Below are positions 1-11,142 of a stretch of 64,000 nucleotides of DNA, in pieces (positions within the stretch are counted from its first letter, which is position 1; each line of letters starts with the position of its first letter). The DNA is from Heterodontus francisci (taxonomy: Eukaryota). The DNA lies in NCBI RefSeq assembly GCF_036365525.1, contig NC_090416.1, positions 16,464,945 to 16,528,944 of the forward strand, written 5' to 3'. A model generated the notes under the pieces. It was not told the origin of the DNA. It saw only the letters and a program-made list of their open reading frames with translations, and did not search any database. The translations under genes and the position numbers were made by a program.

Positions 1-3000
1 GAGCGGCAACTGGAAGCACTTGGGAGCATGCAGGTGGCAGAGAGCGTCATAGACAGGAGTTTTAGAGAAGTGGTTGCACCCAATGTGCAGGCAGATAGAT
101 GGGTGACCGCTAGAAGGAGCAGGCAGTCAGTGCAGGAATCCCCTGTGGCTATCCCCTTCTCCAACAAGTATACAGTTTTGGATACTGTTGGGGGGGATGG
201 CCGAGCAGGGGAAAACAACAGCAGCAGCCAGAGCAGTGGCACCACGGCTATCACTGTTGTTCAGCAGGGAGGGACAAAGCGCAAAGAACAATAGTTATAG
301 GGGACTCTATAGTCAGGGGCACAGATAGGCGCATCTGTGGACGTGAAAGAGACTCCAGGATGGTATGTTGCCTCCCTGGTGCCAGGGTGAAGGATGTCTC
401 TGAACGGACAGGGGGCATTCTGAAGGGCGAGGGTGAACAGCCAGAGGTTGTGGTACACATCGGTACCAATGACAAAGGCAGGAAGAGTGCTGAGGGCCTG
501 CAGGGGGAGTTTAGGTAGTCAGGTAGAAAGTTGTAATCTCTGGATTAAACCCTGTGCCACGTGCCAGAGAGGATAGAAATAGGAAGATACTGCAGCTAAA
601 CACGTGGCTGAGCAGCTGGTGTCGAAGGGAGGGTTTCAGATATCTGGACCATTGGGCTCTCTTCAGGGACAGATGGGACCTGTACAAGAAGGACGGGTTG
701 CATCTAAACTGGAGGGGCACTAATATCCTGGCTGCAAAGTTTGCCAGCGTCACTCGGGAGGGTTTAAACTAGTGTGGCAGGGGGGTGGGAACCAGAGCAG
801 TGGGACAGCTAGAAAAATAAATGAGGAGGACATAGTAAATAAGGCCAGTAAGACTAAGTGGAAGAGCAGGCAGGAAGATGTTGCTGAGCACAGCGGGACT
901 GGTGCTCTGAAGTACATTTCTTTCAATGCGAGAAGTATAGCAGGTAAGGCAGATGAAATTAGAGCTTGGATTAGTACTTGGAAATATGATGTTGTTGCTA
1001 TTACAGAGACTTGGTTGAGGGAAGGGCAGGATTGGCAGCTAAATGTTCCAGGCTTTAGAAGCTTCAGGTGGGATAGAGGGGGATGTAAAAGGGGTGGGGG
1101 AGTTGCATTACTGGTTAAGGAGAATATCACAGCTGTACTGCGGGAGGACACCTCAGAGGGGTCATGCAGCGAGGCAATATGGGTGGAGCTCAGGAATAGG
1201 AAGGGTGCAGTCACGAAGTTGGGGGTTTACTACAGGCCTCCCAACAGCCAGCGGGAGGTAGAGGACAAGATATGTAGACAGATTTTGGAAAGATGTAAAG
1301 GTAACAGGATTGTGGTGGTGGGTGATTTTAACTTCCCCGATATTGACTGGGACTCACTTAGTGCTAGGGGCTTGGATGGGGCAGAATTTGTGAGGAGCAT
1401 CCAGGAGGGCTTCTTGAAACAGAATGTAGATAGTCCAACTAGGGATGGGGCCATTCTGGACCTGGTATTGGGGAATGAGCCCGGCCAGGTGGTCGAAGTT
1501 TCAGTGGGGGAACATTTCGGGAGCAGTGACCATAATTCCATAAGTTTTAAGGTACTTGTGGATAAGGATAAGAGTAGTCCTCGGGTGAAGGTGCGAACTT
1601 GGGGGAAGGCTAATTATAACAATATTAGGCAGGAATTGAAGAATTTAGATTGGGGGCGGCTGTTTGAGGGTAAATCAACATCTGACATGTGGGAGTCTTT
1701 CAAACGTCAGCTGATTAGAATCCAGGACCAGCATGTTCCTGTGAGGAAGAAAGACAAGTTTGGCATGTTTCGGGAAATTTGGATAACACTGGATGTTGTG
1801 AGCCTAGTCAAAAAGGAAAAGGAAGCATTTGTAAGGGCTGGAAGGTTAGGAACAGACGAAGCACTTGAGGAATATAAAGACAGTGGGAAGGAACTTAAGC
1901 AAGGAGTTAGGAGGGCTAAAAGGGGTCATAAAAAGTCATTGGCAAACAGGATTAAGGAGAATCCGAAGTCTTTTTATACATGTATAAAGAGCAAGAGGGT
2001 ACCAGGGAAAGGGTTGGCCCACTCAAGGATAGAGATGGGAATCTATGTGTGGAGCCAGAGGGAATGGGCGAGGTGCTAAATGAGTACTTTGCATCAGTAT
2101 TCACCAAAGAGAAGGACTTGGTGGATGATGAGCCTAGGGAAGGGAGTGCAGATAGTCTCAGTCATGTCATTATTAAAAAGGAGGAGGTGTTGGGTGTCTT
2201 GCAAAGCATTAAGGTAGATACGTCCCCAGGGCCTGATGGGATCTACCCTAGAATACTGAGGGAGGCAATGGAAGAAATTGCTGGGGCCTTGACAGAAATC
2301 TTTGCATCATCATTGGCTACAGGTGAGGCCCCAGAGGACTGGAGAACAGCCAATGTTGTTCCTTTGTTTAAGAAGGGTGGCAAGGATAATCCAGGAAATT
2401 ATAGGCCGGTGAGCCTTACGTCAGTGGTTGGGAAATTATTAGAGAGGATTCTTCGGGATAGAATTTACTCCCATTTGGAAACAAACGAACTTATTAGCGA
2501 GAGACTGCATGGTTTTGTGCTGGGGAGGTCATGTCTTACTAATTTGATTGAGTTTTTTGAGGAAGTGACGAAGATGATTGATGAAGGAAGGGCAGTGGAT
2601 GTTATCTAAATGGAATTTATTAAAGCCTTTGACAAGGTCCCGCATGGCAGACTGGTACAAAAGATAAAGTCACACGGGATCAGAGGTGAGCTGGCAAGAT
2701 GGATACAGAACTGGCTCGGTCATAGAAGACAGAGGGTATCAGTGGATGGGTGTTTTTCTGAATGGAGGGATGTGACTAGTGGTGTTCCGCAGGGATGAGT
2801 GCTGGGACCTTTGCTGTTTGTAGTATTATAAATGATTTGGAGGAAAATGTAGCTGGTCTGATTAGTAAGTTTGCGGACGACACAAAGGTTGGTGGAGTTC
2901 CGGATAATGATGAGGATTGTCAGAGGATACAGCAGGATATAGATCGGTTGGAGACTTGGGCGGAGAAATGGCACATGGAGTTTAATCCGGACAAATGTGA

Positions 3001-3800
3001 GGTAATGCATTTTGGAAGGACTAATGCAGGTGGGAGGTATACAGTAAATGGCAGAACCCTTAGGAGTATAGACAGACAGAGAGATCTGGGCGTACAGGTC
3101 CACAGGTCACTGAAAGTGGCAACGCAGGTGGATAAGGTAGTCAAGAAGGCATACGGCATGCTTGCCATCATTGGTCGGGGCATAGAGTATAAAAATTGGC
3201 AAGTCATGTTGCAGCTGTACAGAACCTTAGTTAGGCCACACTTAGAATATTGCTTGCAATTCTGGTCGCCACACTACCAGAAGGACGTGGAGGCTTTGGA
3301 GAGGGTACAGAGGAGGTATACCAGGATGTTGCCTGTTCTGGAGGGCATGAGCTATGAGGAGAGGTTGGAAAAACTCGGATTGTTTTCACTGGAACGATGG
3401 AAGTGGAGGGGCGACATGATAGAGGTTTACAAAGTTATGAGCGGCATGGACAGAGTGGATAGTCAGAAGCTTTTTCCCAGGGTGGAAGAGTCAGTTACTA
3501 GGGGACATAGGTTTAAGGTGAGAGGGGCAAAGTTTAGAGGGGATGTGTGAGGCAAGTTTTTTACACAGAGGGTGGTGAGTGCCTGGAACATGCTGCCAGG
3601 GGAGGTGGTGGAAGCAGATACGATAGCGACGTTTAAGAGACATCTTGACAAATACATGAATAGGAAGGGAATAGAGGGATATGGGCCCCGGAAGTGCAGA
3701 AGGTGTTAGTTTAGGCAGGCATCAAGATCGGTGCAGGCTTGGAGGGCCGAATGGCCTGTTCCTGTGTGGTACTGTTCTTTGTTCTTGTTCTTTGTTCTCT
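1..3800 (+). mobile_element. CR1-clade LINE copy A (5' part outside the window), decayed
   Basis: ORF1 esterase remnants (GDS, GTND, DGLH). ORF2 APE endonuclease (ITETW, GDFN, LDLV, SDH) and RT (PGPDG, NYRPVSL, GVPQG, FADD), broken by a frameshift ~2000 and stops at 2607 and 2796. Ends in a GTTCTTT-type microsatellite tail. Confidence 0.95.
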
Positions 3801-4032
3801 GTCTATCTGTCCATCTCTCTGTCTATCTATCTGTCTATCTGTCTATCTGACTATCTATCTATCGATTTATCTATCTGTCCATATCTATCTATCTATGTAT
3901 CTATCTATCTGTCTATCTATCCACCTGTCCATCTCTCTCGCTCTATCTATTTGTCTGTCTGTTTATCTCTATCTATCTGTCTGTCCATCTCTATCTATCT
4001 GTCTGTCCATCTCTGTCTGTCTGTCTGTCTAT
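3800..4032 (+). repeat. (TCTA/TCTG)n microsatellite 3' of CR1 (also ~20538-20750, ~37036-37248, ~52277-52488)
   Basis: Direct reading; partly N in units B and D. Confidence 0.9.
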
Positions 4033-4084
4033 CCCTCAGTACTGACCCTTTGTCAGTGCGGCACTCCCTCAGTACTGACCCTTT

Positions 4085-5310
4085 GGGAACTGAATATTCC
4101 AGGGTATTTGACAGTTTGGAATGACAGGAAGCAAGGAAAAGGAGGTGGTGTAGTTCAGTTAATAAAGGATGAGATCAGTACAGTAGTGAGAAATGATCTT
4201 GGCTCAGAAAATCAAGATGTGGAATCAGTTTGGGTGGAGATATGAAATAGCAAAAATTCATACAGGAGCTGCACTGTGGGACAGAGTATAAATCAAGAAA
4301 TAAGGGGGGGCTTGTAAGGAAAATACTGCAGTAATCCTGGGTAATTTTAATCTTCATATAAATTGGAGTAATCAAACTGGTAAAGTTAGATAGAGGATGA
4401 GTTCATGGAGTGTACTCAGGACAGTTTCTTAGAACAATACATTCTGGAACCAATCCGGGAGCAGGCTATTTTAGACCTGGTAATGTGTAAGGAGACGGAA
4501 TTAATTAATGACCTCTTAGTAAAGGAAGAATAGAAAAGTAGAATATTATTTACATGGAGAGAGACCGCAGAATGCTGCAGTACAGAGGGATCTGGGTGTC
4601 CTTGTACATGAATCACAAAATGTTAACATGCAGGTACAGCAAGTAATTAGGAAGGCAAATGGAATGTTGGTATTTATTGCAATGGGAATGGAGTATAAAA
4701 GTAGGGACATCTTGCTACAACTGTCCCGGGTATTGGTGAGACCGCACCTAGAATACTGCATACAGTTTTGGTCTCCTTATTTAAGGAGGGATATACTTGC
4801 ATTGGAAGCAGTTCAGAGAAGGTTCACTTGGCTGATTCCTGGGATGAAGGGATTGTCTTATTAGGAAAGGTTGAGCAGGTTGGGCCTGTTTAGAGTTTAG
4901 AAGAATGAGAGGTGATCTTATTGAAAAATATAAAGTCCTGAAGGGGCTTAATTGGGTGGATGGTGAGAGGATGTTTCCCCTCGTGGGGGAATCTAGAACT
5001 AGGGGGAACAGTTACAGAATACGGGGTCTCCCATTAAAGACGGAGATGAGGAGGAATTTCTTCTCTGAGGGTCATTAATCTTTGGAATTCTCTTCCCCAG
5101 GGAGCAGTGGAGGCTGGGTCATTGAATATATTCAAGGCTGAGTTGGAGAGTTTTTTGATCTACAAGGGAGTTGAGGGTTATGGTGGGGGGCAGACAGGAA
5201 AGTGGAGATAAGGTCACAATCAGATCATCCATGATCTTATCGAATGGCGGAACAGGCTCGAGGGGCCGAATGGCCTTCTCCTGTTCTTATTTCTTATGCT
5301 TTTATGTTGA
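4085..5310 (+). mobile_element. Second, older CR1 family, internally deleted fragment (also at ~20801-22021, ~37300-38529, ~52540-53762)
   Basis: Endonuclease remnant LNIPGY...GGGV, ORF2 C-terminal remnant VRPHLEYCIQFWSP, and a CR1 3' hairpin/tail aggctcgaggggccgaatggcct...cttatt tcttatg. Confidence 0.85.
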
Positions 5311-5939
5311 AGATATCGTACCTGCTGTATTCAATAGCTGTCCAGGTCTTTAAAGCCCAAAGTGGCCGTAACTGTTCCTATCTGTGCAGAGAGCCCTTGG
5401 CAGTAATATAATATAATGAAAATGGCCTGGCTGAAACTCCCCGGGTCTGGATATCTCAGTACAGATCGGGGAAGGGGTGGTCGGAGTGCTGGAATCTGGG
5501 CCTTCCCAGCAAGTGTCCTGTAAGGGAACTGAATGACCTCAACGAAGGAACGAGTTCACAGAGGGAGATGAGGCTGATGTGATTGCAGTGTGTGCGAACA
5601 AGAGGAGGCCATTCAGCCCTTCGAGACTGCTGTACCATTCCATTAGATCATAGCTGGTCTGTACCTTAACCCCATATACCCTGCCTTAGCTCCATAGTCC
5701 TTGCTGCCCTTACCCAATAAAAATCTATCAACCACAATCTTTATAACTCCAATTTTTAATGAAGTGCATTTCTATAGCGTCTTTCACAACCTCAGGATGT
5801 TCCCAAAGTGCTTCGCAGCCAATGAAATACCTTGAAAAGCAATATTGGGAAATGAAGAATGGGATGTAGAGCAGGAGGAGTTCAGTTCAGTTCTCCTGAG
5901 GGGCCCAGTCCAGATAATGGGTTGTTTTGTTGTAAATGT

Positions 5940-6150
5940 GTGACGTGTCCAAGAATGTAACCGTTTAACGGTGTTTCTCGGATTTCCGTCCTGTTTCTGT
6001 GTGTTTCAGAGCAGGGGAACTGGGCCCAGATGCTGCTGCTCTCTGCTGCTTATCAGACAGTGAACAGGGATGTTTCGGTTCCTCCCCGAGGCTCCTCTCC
6101 CACCCCCTGCAGCGAGTGACCACACCACCTGCACCACATCACAAACAAGA
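5940..6150 (-). promoter_or_regulatory. Candidate IgL 3' enhancer, cluster 1
   Basis: EICE GAGGAACCGAAAC (minus, 6084-6072), E-boxes CAGATG 6027-6032 and CACCTG 6126-6131, RUNX ACCACA 6119-6124 and 6133-6138, CRE-like TGACGT 5941-5946. Confidence 0.55.
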
Positions 6151-7269
6151 CAAAAACAGCATCGATTTGGGTATCAGGATCTAAAATAAGGCTTTCAGAA
6201 CACCGCCCAGGTCCCCTGTGGTTGATGACGAGGGCCTGATCTGAGCTGCATTCAGTGCCATTCTCAGACCCAGTCTGGAACCTGGCTGTTCGGCCATGTG
6301 AATCATCAACATTGTAGATTTAACTGGACTGATAAACGTTTGATGGCCTTTAAGATACTCCTTAAAACCTACCTCTTTGACCGAGCTTTTGGTCACCTGC
6401 TCTAATATCTCCGAATGTGGCTCAGCATTAAACTTTGTTTGCTGACGCCCCTTGCGACGTTTTATTACATTAAAGGCGCCATATAAATGCAGATTGGTGG
6501 TTGTTTGCAGATGACAATTCGTTGAAGACCTTAATAACTAACCGACTGCAGGCCATGAAGTACATCAACTAAAGCCACAATTAAAACTCAAGGCTTCTGA
6601 TGTAAGTACAATACTGAAGGAATACCGCACTGCCGGAGGGGCTATCTGTCACTTGGAATCTGCCCTCTGTTAAAGATACTGCAACCCCCATTTATAAAAG
6701 AGTTGGGGAGTTCTCCCCCACCCCCGTGTCTTGGCTGATATTTATCCTTCAATCAATATCACAAAAAAAGATCACCTGGGTCATTATCTCATTGTTATGT
6801 GTGTGGGATCATGCTGTGCACAAATTGTCTGCTGTGTTTCCTACATTGCAACAGTTGACTAGACTTCAAAAAAAATACTTGGTTGGCTGTAAAGCGCTGT
6901 GGGACATTCTGAAGCTGTGAAAGGAGGCTCACTGTCACCTTCTCAGGGGGACAAATAGTGATGGACAATAAATGGCTGGTCTTACCAGAGATGCCCACAT
7001 CTCGAGAATGAAGAAGTGCAGGTTCTGTCTCTCTGGACGCTGTGATGTCCCCTTGTAAAACATACTGAAACTAAATAGTTCTAAAAACATCTGCATAAAT
7101 ACAGCATCCTCAGACTCGAGATGAGGATTAAACCTACATTTAATACCTCTTTAAGTGCGTGGCCCCTTTAAGGTGTGCTGAGGGACTGGGCTTTTCCAGC
7201 ACTCTCTGTCCATTTACTCTTTGAGGTGATGCAACCGATACTCTCTCCACAGCCGGGGGCTCAGTTAAC

Positions 7270-7870
7270 AGCCCTTCCCTCTTATGGCCCCTAGTTCTGC
7301 TCTCACCCGCAAGTGGAAACGTCTCGACTTATCGAGTCCTTTCATAACCTTAAAGGGCTCCATCAGGTCCTACCCTCCCCCCCTCTCAGTCTTCTCTTTT
7401 CAACCTATCCTGGCAGCCTATCTCAGTACTGGTACCATCCCAGCACATCTTTTCTTGCACCTTCTCCAGTGTCATTTTATAATATGGAGACGGGAACAGT
7501 GCACAGTAATTCCAAGTGTGGTCTAACTGAGGTTCCCTACAAGTTTGACTTAATGTATCTGCTTCTCAATTCTATCCCTCGAGAAATTAACCCCGGTGTT
7601 TGGATTGCTTTTTATATGGCCTTATTCAGCAGCATTGCTGCAGTTACTCTATAACCCTCGATCCACAACCCTATTTAGACTCTTTCTTCCCCACCTCCCC
7701 CTCCCTCCAGGACTAGGTGACCTCATTCATCCTCCCAAAAAGTAGCACCTCACACTTATCCAGACTGACCTTCATTTGCCAATTACACACCCATTCTGCA
7801 TGTCCTGTCATTTGTGATGGACCTAATATTAACTGCAGCCTCCCCCAATTTGGAGTCATCAGCAAACTGA
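7270..7870 (-). mobile_element. Degenerate minus-strand CR1-like fragment (present in all units)
   Basis: Resembles reverse-complemented CR1 ORF2 3' region (tccaagtgtggtctaac; aatttggagtcatcagcaaa is the RC of a FADD-region sequence). Confidence 0.55.
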
Positions 7871-7994
7871 TCCCGTGCCATCCTATCTCTCGGACCGGGA
7901 TAGTGAGCAGTTCTCCCTGGGAGGGACGGTATTTTATTCCAAACAGAGGCTTTTCCTGTAAATCACATACAATGATGGTCTAGTATGGGAGAAA

Positions 7995-8545
7995 CTACAC
8001 TTTAGGATGGGAGGGTTGTTGAGAGGGTGCAGAGGAGGTTTACTGGAATGGTTCCAGGGATGGGGGAATTCTAGTTATAAGGTCAGCCTGGAGAAGCTGG
8101 GATTGTTTTCCTTGGAGCGAAGGAGATTGCAGGGAGATTTAATAGAGGTGGACAAGATTATGACAGATCTGGATAGAGTAGACAAGGAAAAACAGTTCCC
8201 ATTAACTGATGGTACAAGGGCTAGGGGACACATATTGAACGTTTTGGGCAAGGGATACAAGGGGGGGGGGGGGGGGATGTGAGGAAGAATTTATTTATTT
8301 TTAAATGCAGTGAGTGACAATGACCTGGAACTCAGTGCCTACCAGAGTGGTGGAAGCTGGAGACAATGATTTCAGTAACAAACTGGGGTGGGGGGGGGGG
8401 GGGGGGGGGACACTTGAAGGAAATAAATTCGCAGGGGGCCACGGGGGTGCGGAGAGTGGGACTGACTGGATTGCACTACGGGGAGCTGGCACGGACCCGA
8501 GGGGCCGAATAGCCTCCTTCTGTGCCAGAAATGAAATCGAATTCG
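7995..8545 (+). mobile_element. CR1 3'-end fragment (also ~24707-25257, ~41222-41763, ~56483-56995)
   Basis: LEKLGLFSLERRRLQGDLIEV remnant and 3' motif gaggggccgaatagcctcctt. Confidence 0.8.
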
Positions 8546-8716
8546 TTTAAAATAGTTAACTCTGCTTGAATATTTTTTTTTAAATCTGCCCAAAAGAAAA
8601 TTCCTCTAATCGCCATTATTCGTACAGTTAACCACTGACTTGCACCAATATCCACCTCAACTCACCCCCACCCCCTCCCCACAAAAAATAACAGAGCAAT
8701 TTGAATTCATGTCATC

Positions 8717-8722
8717 TTTATT
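8717..8722 (-). terminator. Poly(A) signal, cluster 1
   Basis: AATAAA ~330 nt after the stop codon, followed by a GU/U-rich tract; present in all four units. Confidence 0.75.
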
Positions 8723-9051
8723 AAAACAGCCACACACAGAGAGATACATTTTTCAATTCTAACAAATGGTACTACTGAGAGAAAGGAGAGAGGGAGCAGA
8801 ACCCATCCAGCTCCAAATGGGAATGTACTCCCGGGATAGGTGGTCCTGATATTCACTGTCACCCACCTGCGCCCCCCAGTTAAAATTGGATCCAAAATTG
8901 GATCGTTAAACTGCGATTGAAGTGACTGTTTCAACATCGTTGGCCACATTTGCTACAGTGATTACATTGTAAAACAACAACAACAACATTCCACATATTG
9001 AATAATATTTCATCAGCAATAAATCAAACTCTAAACCCCAGTTGCTCCCTC

Positions 9052-9380
9052 TCAGTCGGAACAAGCGGTGGAGCTGATGGTTTTGAGGAGAGGTGAGCTC
9101 AGAGAGCCGTGGTCCACACTGCAGGTATAGCTGGAGCCCTTATTCCAGGCAGTGGCGGGGACTCTCAGGTAACTGCTCAGGCTGTAGGTTTGATCACTGT
9201 CCGTGGACACAGTGCCTGTGGTCACCCCGCTGTCTGTCTCTTTATCATCCACTCTCCAGAGAACCCGCACGAAACCCGGCTTAAAGCGGCTCACCAGGCA
9301 GGACAGAGTAGCCCATCCCGAGTCTATTTCTTCCGAGGAAGGAGGGAGCAGGAGAACTGATGGTTTCCGATCCTCACTAC
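9052..9380 (-). CDS. IgL constant exon, cluster 1
   Basis: Acceptor cag|GTAGTGAG (phase 1). Encodes SEDRKPSVLLLPPSSEE...ATLSCLV...W...YSLSSYL...YTCSVDH...TACSD*, a C1-set domain with a C-terminal Cys for the heavy-light bond. Confidence 0.96.
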
Positions 9381-10400
9381 CTGTGTGTGAGAGACAGGGT
9401 GGAAGAAAGGAATCTCACTGTTAGTATCAATCATTTTTTCTAAAAGGCACATCCAGAATTAGTAACACATACTATAATTTAAAACAAACATTTAACTTGA
9501 CTTCAGACTTAGGTAGAGACAGTAAATAATACAATAGCCTGAGTGTTTCCAGCACTCGATTTCAGATTTCCAGCATCTGCAGGATTTTGCTTTGATTGGA
9601 TTAAAATTAAATATTTAGTCCAATCTTAACTCCCTGTCAATTGAGAGCTGGACTTGTACATGGATTCGAGACATTCAATATAAATTAATTAACTGAATAT
9701 TAAATACAACAGACAATATCGAATTGTTTAAAATTCAGGGGCAGATTAAAATCAAAAGTTTAAAAATTGAGGAAGTTTCACATTTCGGATAGGCTGTACT
9801 GGAGGTCTTATGGAGGTGCTCGGAGTATGTATTGGGAGTAACTCAACCTCCCAGATCCACACTCAGAGTTCGGTGATCACCTCACCAGGAAAAATTCTTT
9901 ATTTATAAAAAAAGAGTTTTAAAAGTAATAAAGTTCGGGGCGGTTTCCATTTAGAAAGTAGGTTAGACACTTCACATGAACGAACGACAGTCGGAAGGAG
10001 GGGGCTGGGAAGGGAGACGGGGGGTCGTGGGTAGAGGGACCGGGTGCGTTAGGAACAGACAAGATGGGGGCGGGGGGGGGGGGGGGCGCAGAATGAGGCC
10101 ATTCGGTCCATCGAGTCCGTGCCGCAGCCTAACCCACTTCCCAACTTTGGGAGTCTTTTTTTGAGGTGGGGGAGGGGGTGCTAGTGTCAAACTCGACCCC
10201 CTTTGAGTGTGAGTAAAATTCCTGTTTGTAAATCTTCCAGCAACACCCGGGGCAGGCTCGCTATTTATACAACAGTGCAGCGAATAGACGGAGAAGTCCA
10301 CACCTGCACACTGCAGACCTGGCCGAACAGACTCGAGGGGCTGAATGGCCTTTCTCCCCTTTTCATTCTGCATTTTTATTTTGCCAATGGAGTTTTTCCT

Positions 10401-10440
10401 CGGTTCTGAGGAAAGGTCAGAGACCCGAAACTGTTCACCG
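10401..10440 (+). ncRNA. Degenerate minimal type I hammerhead ribozyme motif (Penelope-derived) in the J-C intron; copies at 27103-27142, 43609-43648, 58837-58876
   Basis: CGGTT CTGAGGA A AGGTC aga GACCC GAAAC T GTT CACCG: catalytic core CUGANGA and GAAA, with stem II GGTC/GACC and stem I CGGT/ACCG. Confidence 0.55.
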
Positions 10441-10724
10441 TTTCTCCCTCTCTCTCCGCAGAGGCTGCCCACATCTGCTGAGTATTTCCAGCATCTTCTG
10501 TTTTTTTTATTTCAGATTTCCAGCATCCGCAATTGTTTTGCTGCTATTTTAGTGTTTATTTTTCTACCCTCCAGAATCCAAATTCCCAGCACTGAATCAG
10601 TGGACAGAAAAATAAAAATCTGACCCAATTTTTTTTCACCGTTATCAGGGCAGATCCGATTCTGCAACAATAAATGAATAAATAATTGAAACAATATGAA
10701 TGATAGGATGAAGGAATTACTTAC

Positions 10725-10761
10725 TCCGTAAACTCAGGGCGGTCCCAGGTCCGAAGGTAAA
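10725..10761 (-). CDS. IgL J segment, cluster 1
   Basis: TTT ACC TTC GGA CCT GGG ACC GCC CTG AGT TTA CGG A|GTAAGT = FTFGPGTALSLR, with the FGxG motif and a consensus donor. Confidence 0.95.
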
Positions 10762-10800
10762 CACAGTGCAGTGTTTTAATGGGACGGGTCACCTAAAACC
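10762..10800 (+). other. 23-RSS of J1
   Basis: CACAGTG, 23-nt spacer, CCTAAAACC (consensus nonamer ACAAAAACC). Confidence 0.92.
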
Positions 10801-11114
10801 CAGGCTGGGAAGAAAGAGGGGAAATATTAATAATCTGTCCTTTATCACATTCCCTTTCACATTCTGCCTTTCACAGGGGCCGGAATGCTGAGAGTCTGGA
10901 GAAAGATTTTCACATATCAGTGAGGAAACCTTGAGAATATCAGTGTTTACCTACCCAGCTAATAGTCCAAATATTGGGGAAAATCCAAATAAACCCATGG
11001 AAACCCAGTGAGATTTTCCACAAGTTACATAAGGAATATTTCTGAAACTCATCACACAGTCTCAGGCAGGAATATTTCAGTAGCTGTTGGAATTCTGAGT
11101 GGTTCTGTTGATAC

Positions 11115-11142
11115 AGTTTTTGTATTGCCCTGTCTCACTGTG
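11115..11142 (-). other. 12-RSS of V1
   Basis: Minus strand CACAGTG, 12-nt spacer, ACAAAAACT. Confidence 0.95.

Noticed and set aside
7284-7983. Short ORFs conserved in all units (for example METSRLIES..., 113 aa)
   Set aside because: Conservation reflects recent duplication; they lie antisense to a decayed CR1 fragment and resemble no protein I recognise.
11055-11061. Extra heptamer-like CACAGTC in the V-J spacer suggesting a D segment
   Set aside because: No matching nonamer at 12 or 23 nt and no partner RSS.
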